Source of the DNA: Sphyrna mokarran
Taxonomy: Eukaryota
Length of the DNA: 64,000 bases
NCBI GenBank assembly: GCA_024679065.1
Contig: JAGIQG010000003.1
Span: 60,822,001-60,886,000 of the forward strand
Direction of reading: 5' to 3'
Shown: piece by piece, positions 63,831 to 64,000 of the stretch
Layout: every line of letters starts with the position of its first letter
Position numbering within the stretch: the stretch's first letter is position 1
Notes under the pieces: model-generated
Seen by the model: the letters and a program-made list of their open reading frames with translations, nothing else
Told to the model about the DNA's origin: nothing
Databases searched by the model: none
Position numbers and translations under genes: made by a program

Positions 63831-64000
63831 TATCCAGACGTCATATTGAAAAGATGTCCGAATCACTGACCCACTATTGAAAGAAGGTGGATCTCCCAAA
63901 AATGAAAATGGATCTTCAGCTACACTTTGAGATTGAAAGATGAACCGCCTGAGAAAGAGAAAAGTAAAATCAGTGTCCAGGAACATTCTGAAGCGAGATG

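Noticed and set aside
37000-64000. Search for expected syntenic neighbours (ARHGEF4, claudin-15-like)
   Set aside because: No recognisable exons of these genes were found by eye in the window.
1-64000. CRISPR arrays, rRNA/tRNA genes, prokaryotic operons
   Set aside because: The sequence is eukaryotic and contains spliced genes. tRNA-like boxes belong to SINE heads, and no regularly spaced repeat-spacer array is seen.

Overview
AT-rich, repeat-dense vertebrate genomic DNA, most likely from a cartilaginous fish (HE1/V-SINE-type SINEs, CR1/HER1-type LINEs, shark-type Penelope tails). The main gene is a complete + strand FAM168B (MANI) orthologue. It has a CpG-island promoter and non-coding exon 1 (~4770-4848), five coding exons (15026-15095, 15872-15955, 19074-19216, 26181-26358, 28701-28813; 588 nt = 195 aa), a probable GC-AG intron in the 3'UTR, and a ~5.2 kb transposon-poor last exon (31630-~36895). 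The rest is mostly nested retroelements: Tx1-clade LINEs, CR1, L2, Rex/Babar, Penelope-like elements, a Gypsy remnant, an internally deleted LTR element and many SINEs. The most notable observations are: (1) two Tx1 LINE copies both inserted antisense at the same GGTTAGG motif of V-SINEs, suggesting a SINE-targeting retrotransposon; (2) six minimal hammerhead-ribozyme cores carried by Penelope-derived sequences, including a TSD-flanked element with ~350-bp inverted arms and a 139-bp TSD-flanked mini-element; (3) a possible degraded parvoviral capsid fragment at the right end; (4) an unidentified minus-strand terminal-exon candidate. All calls were made by eye, without database searches.
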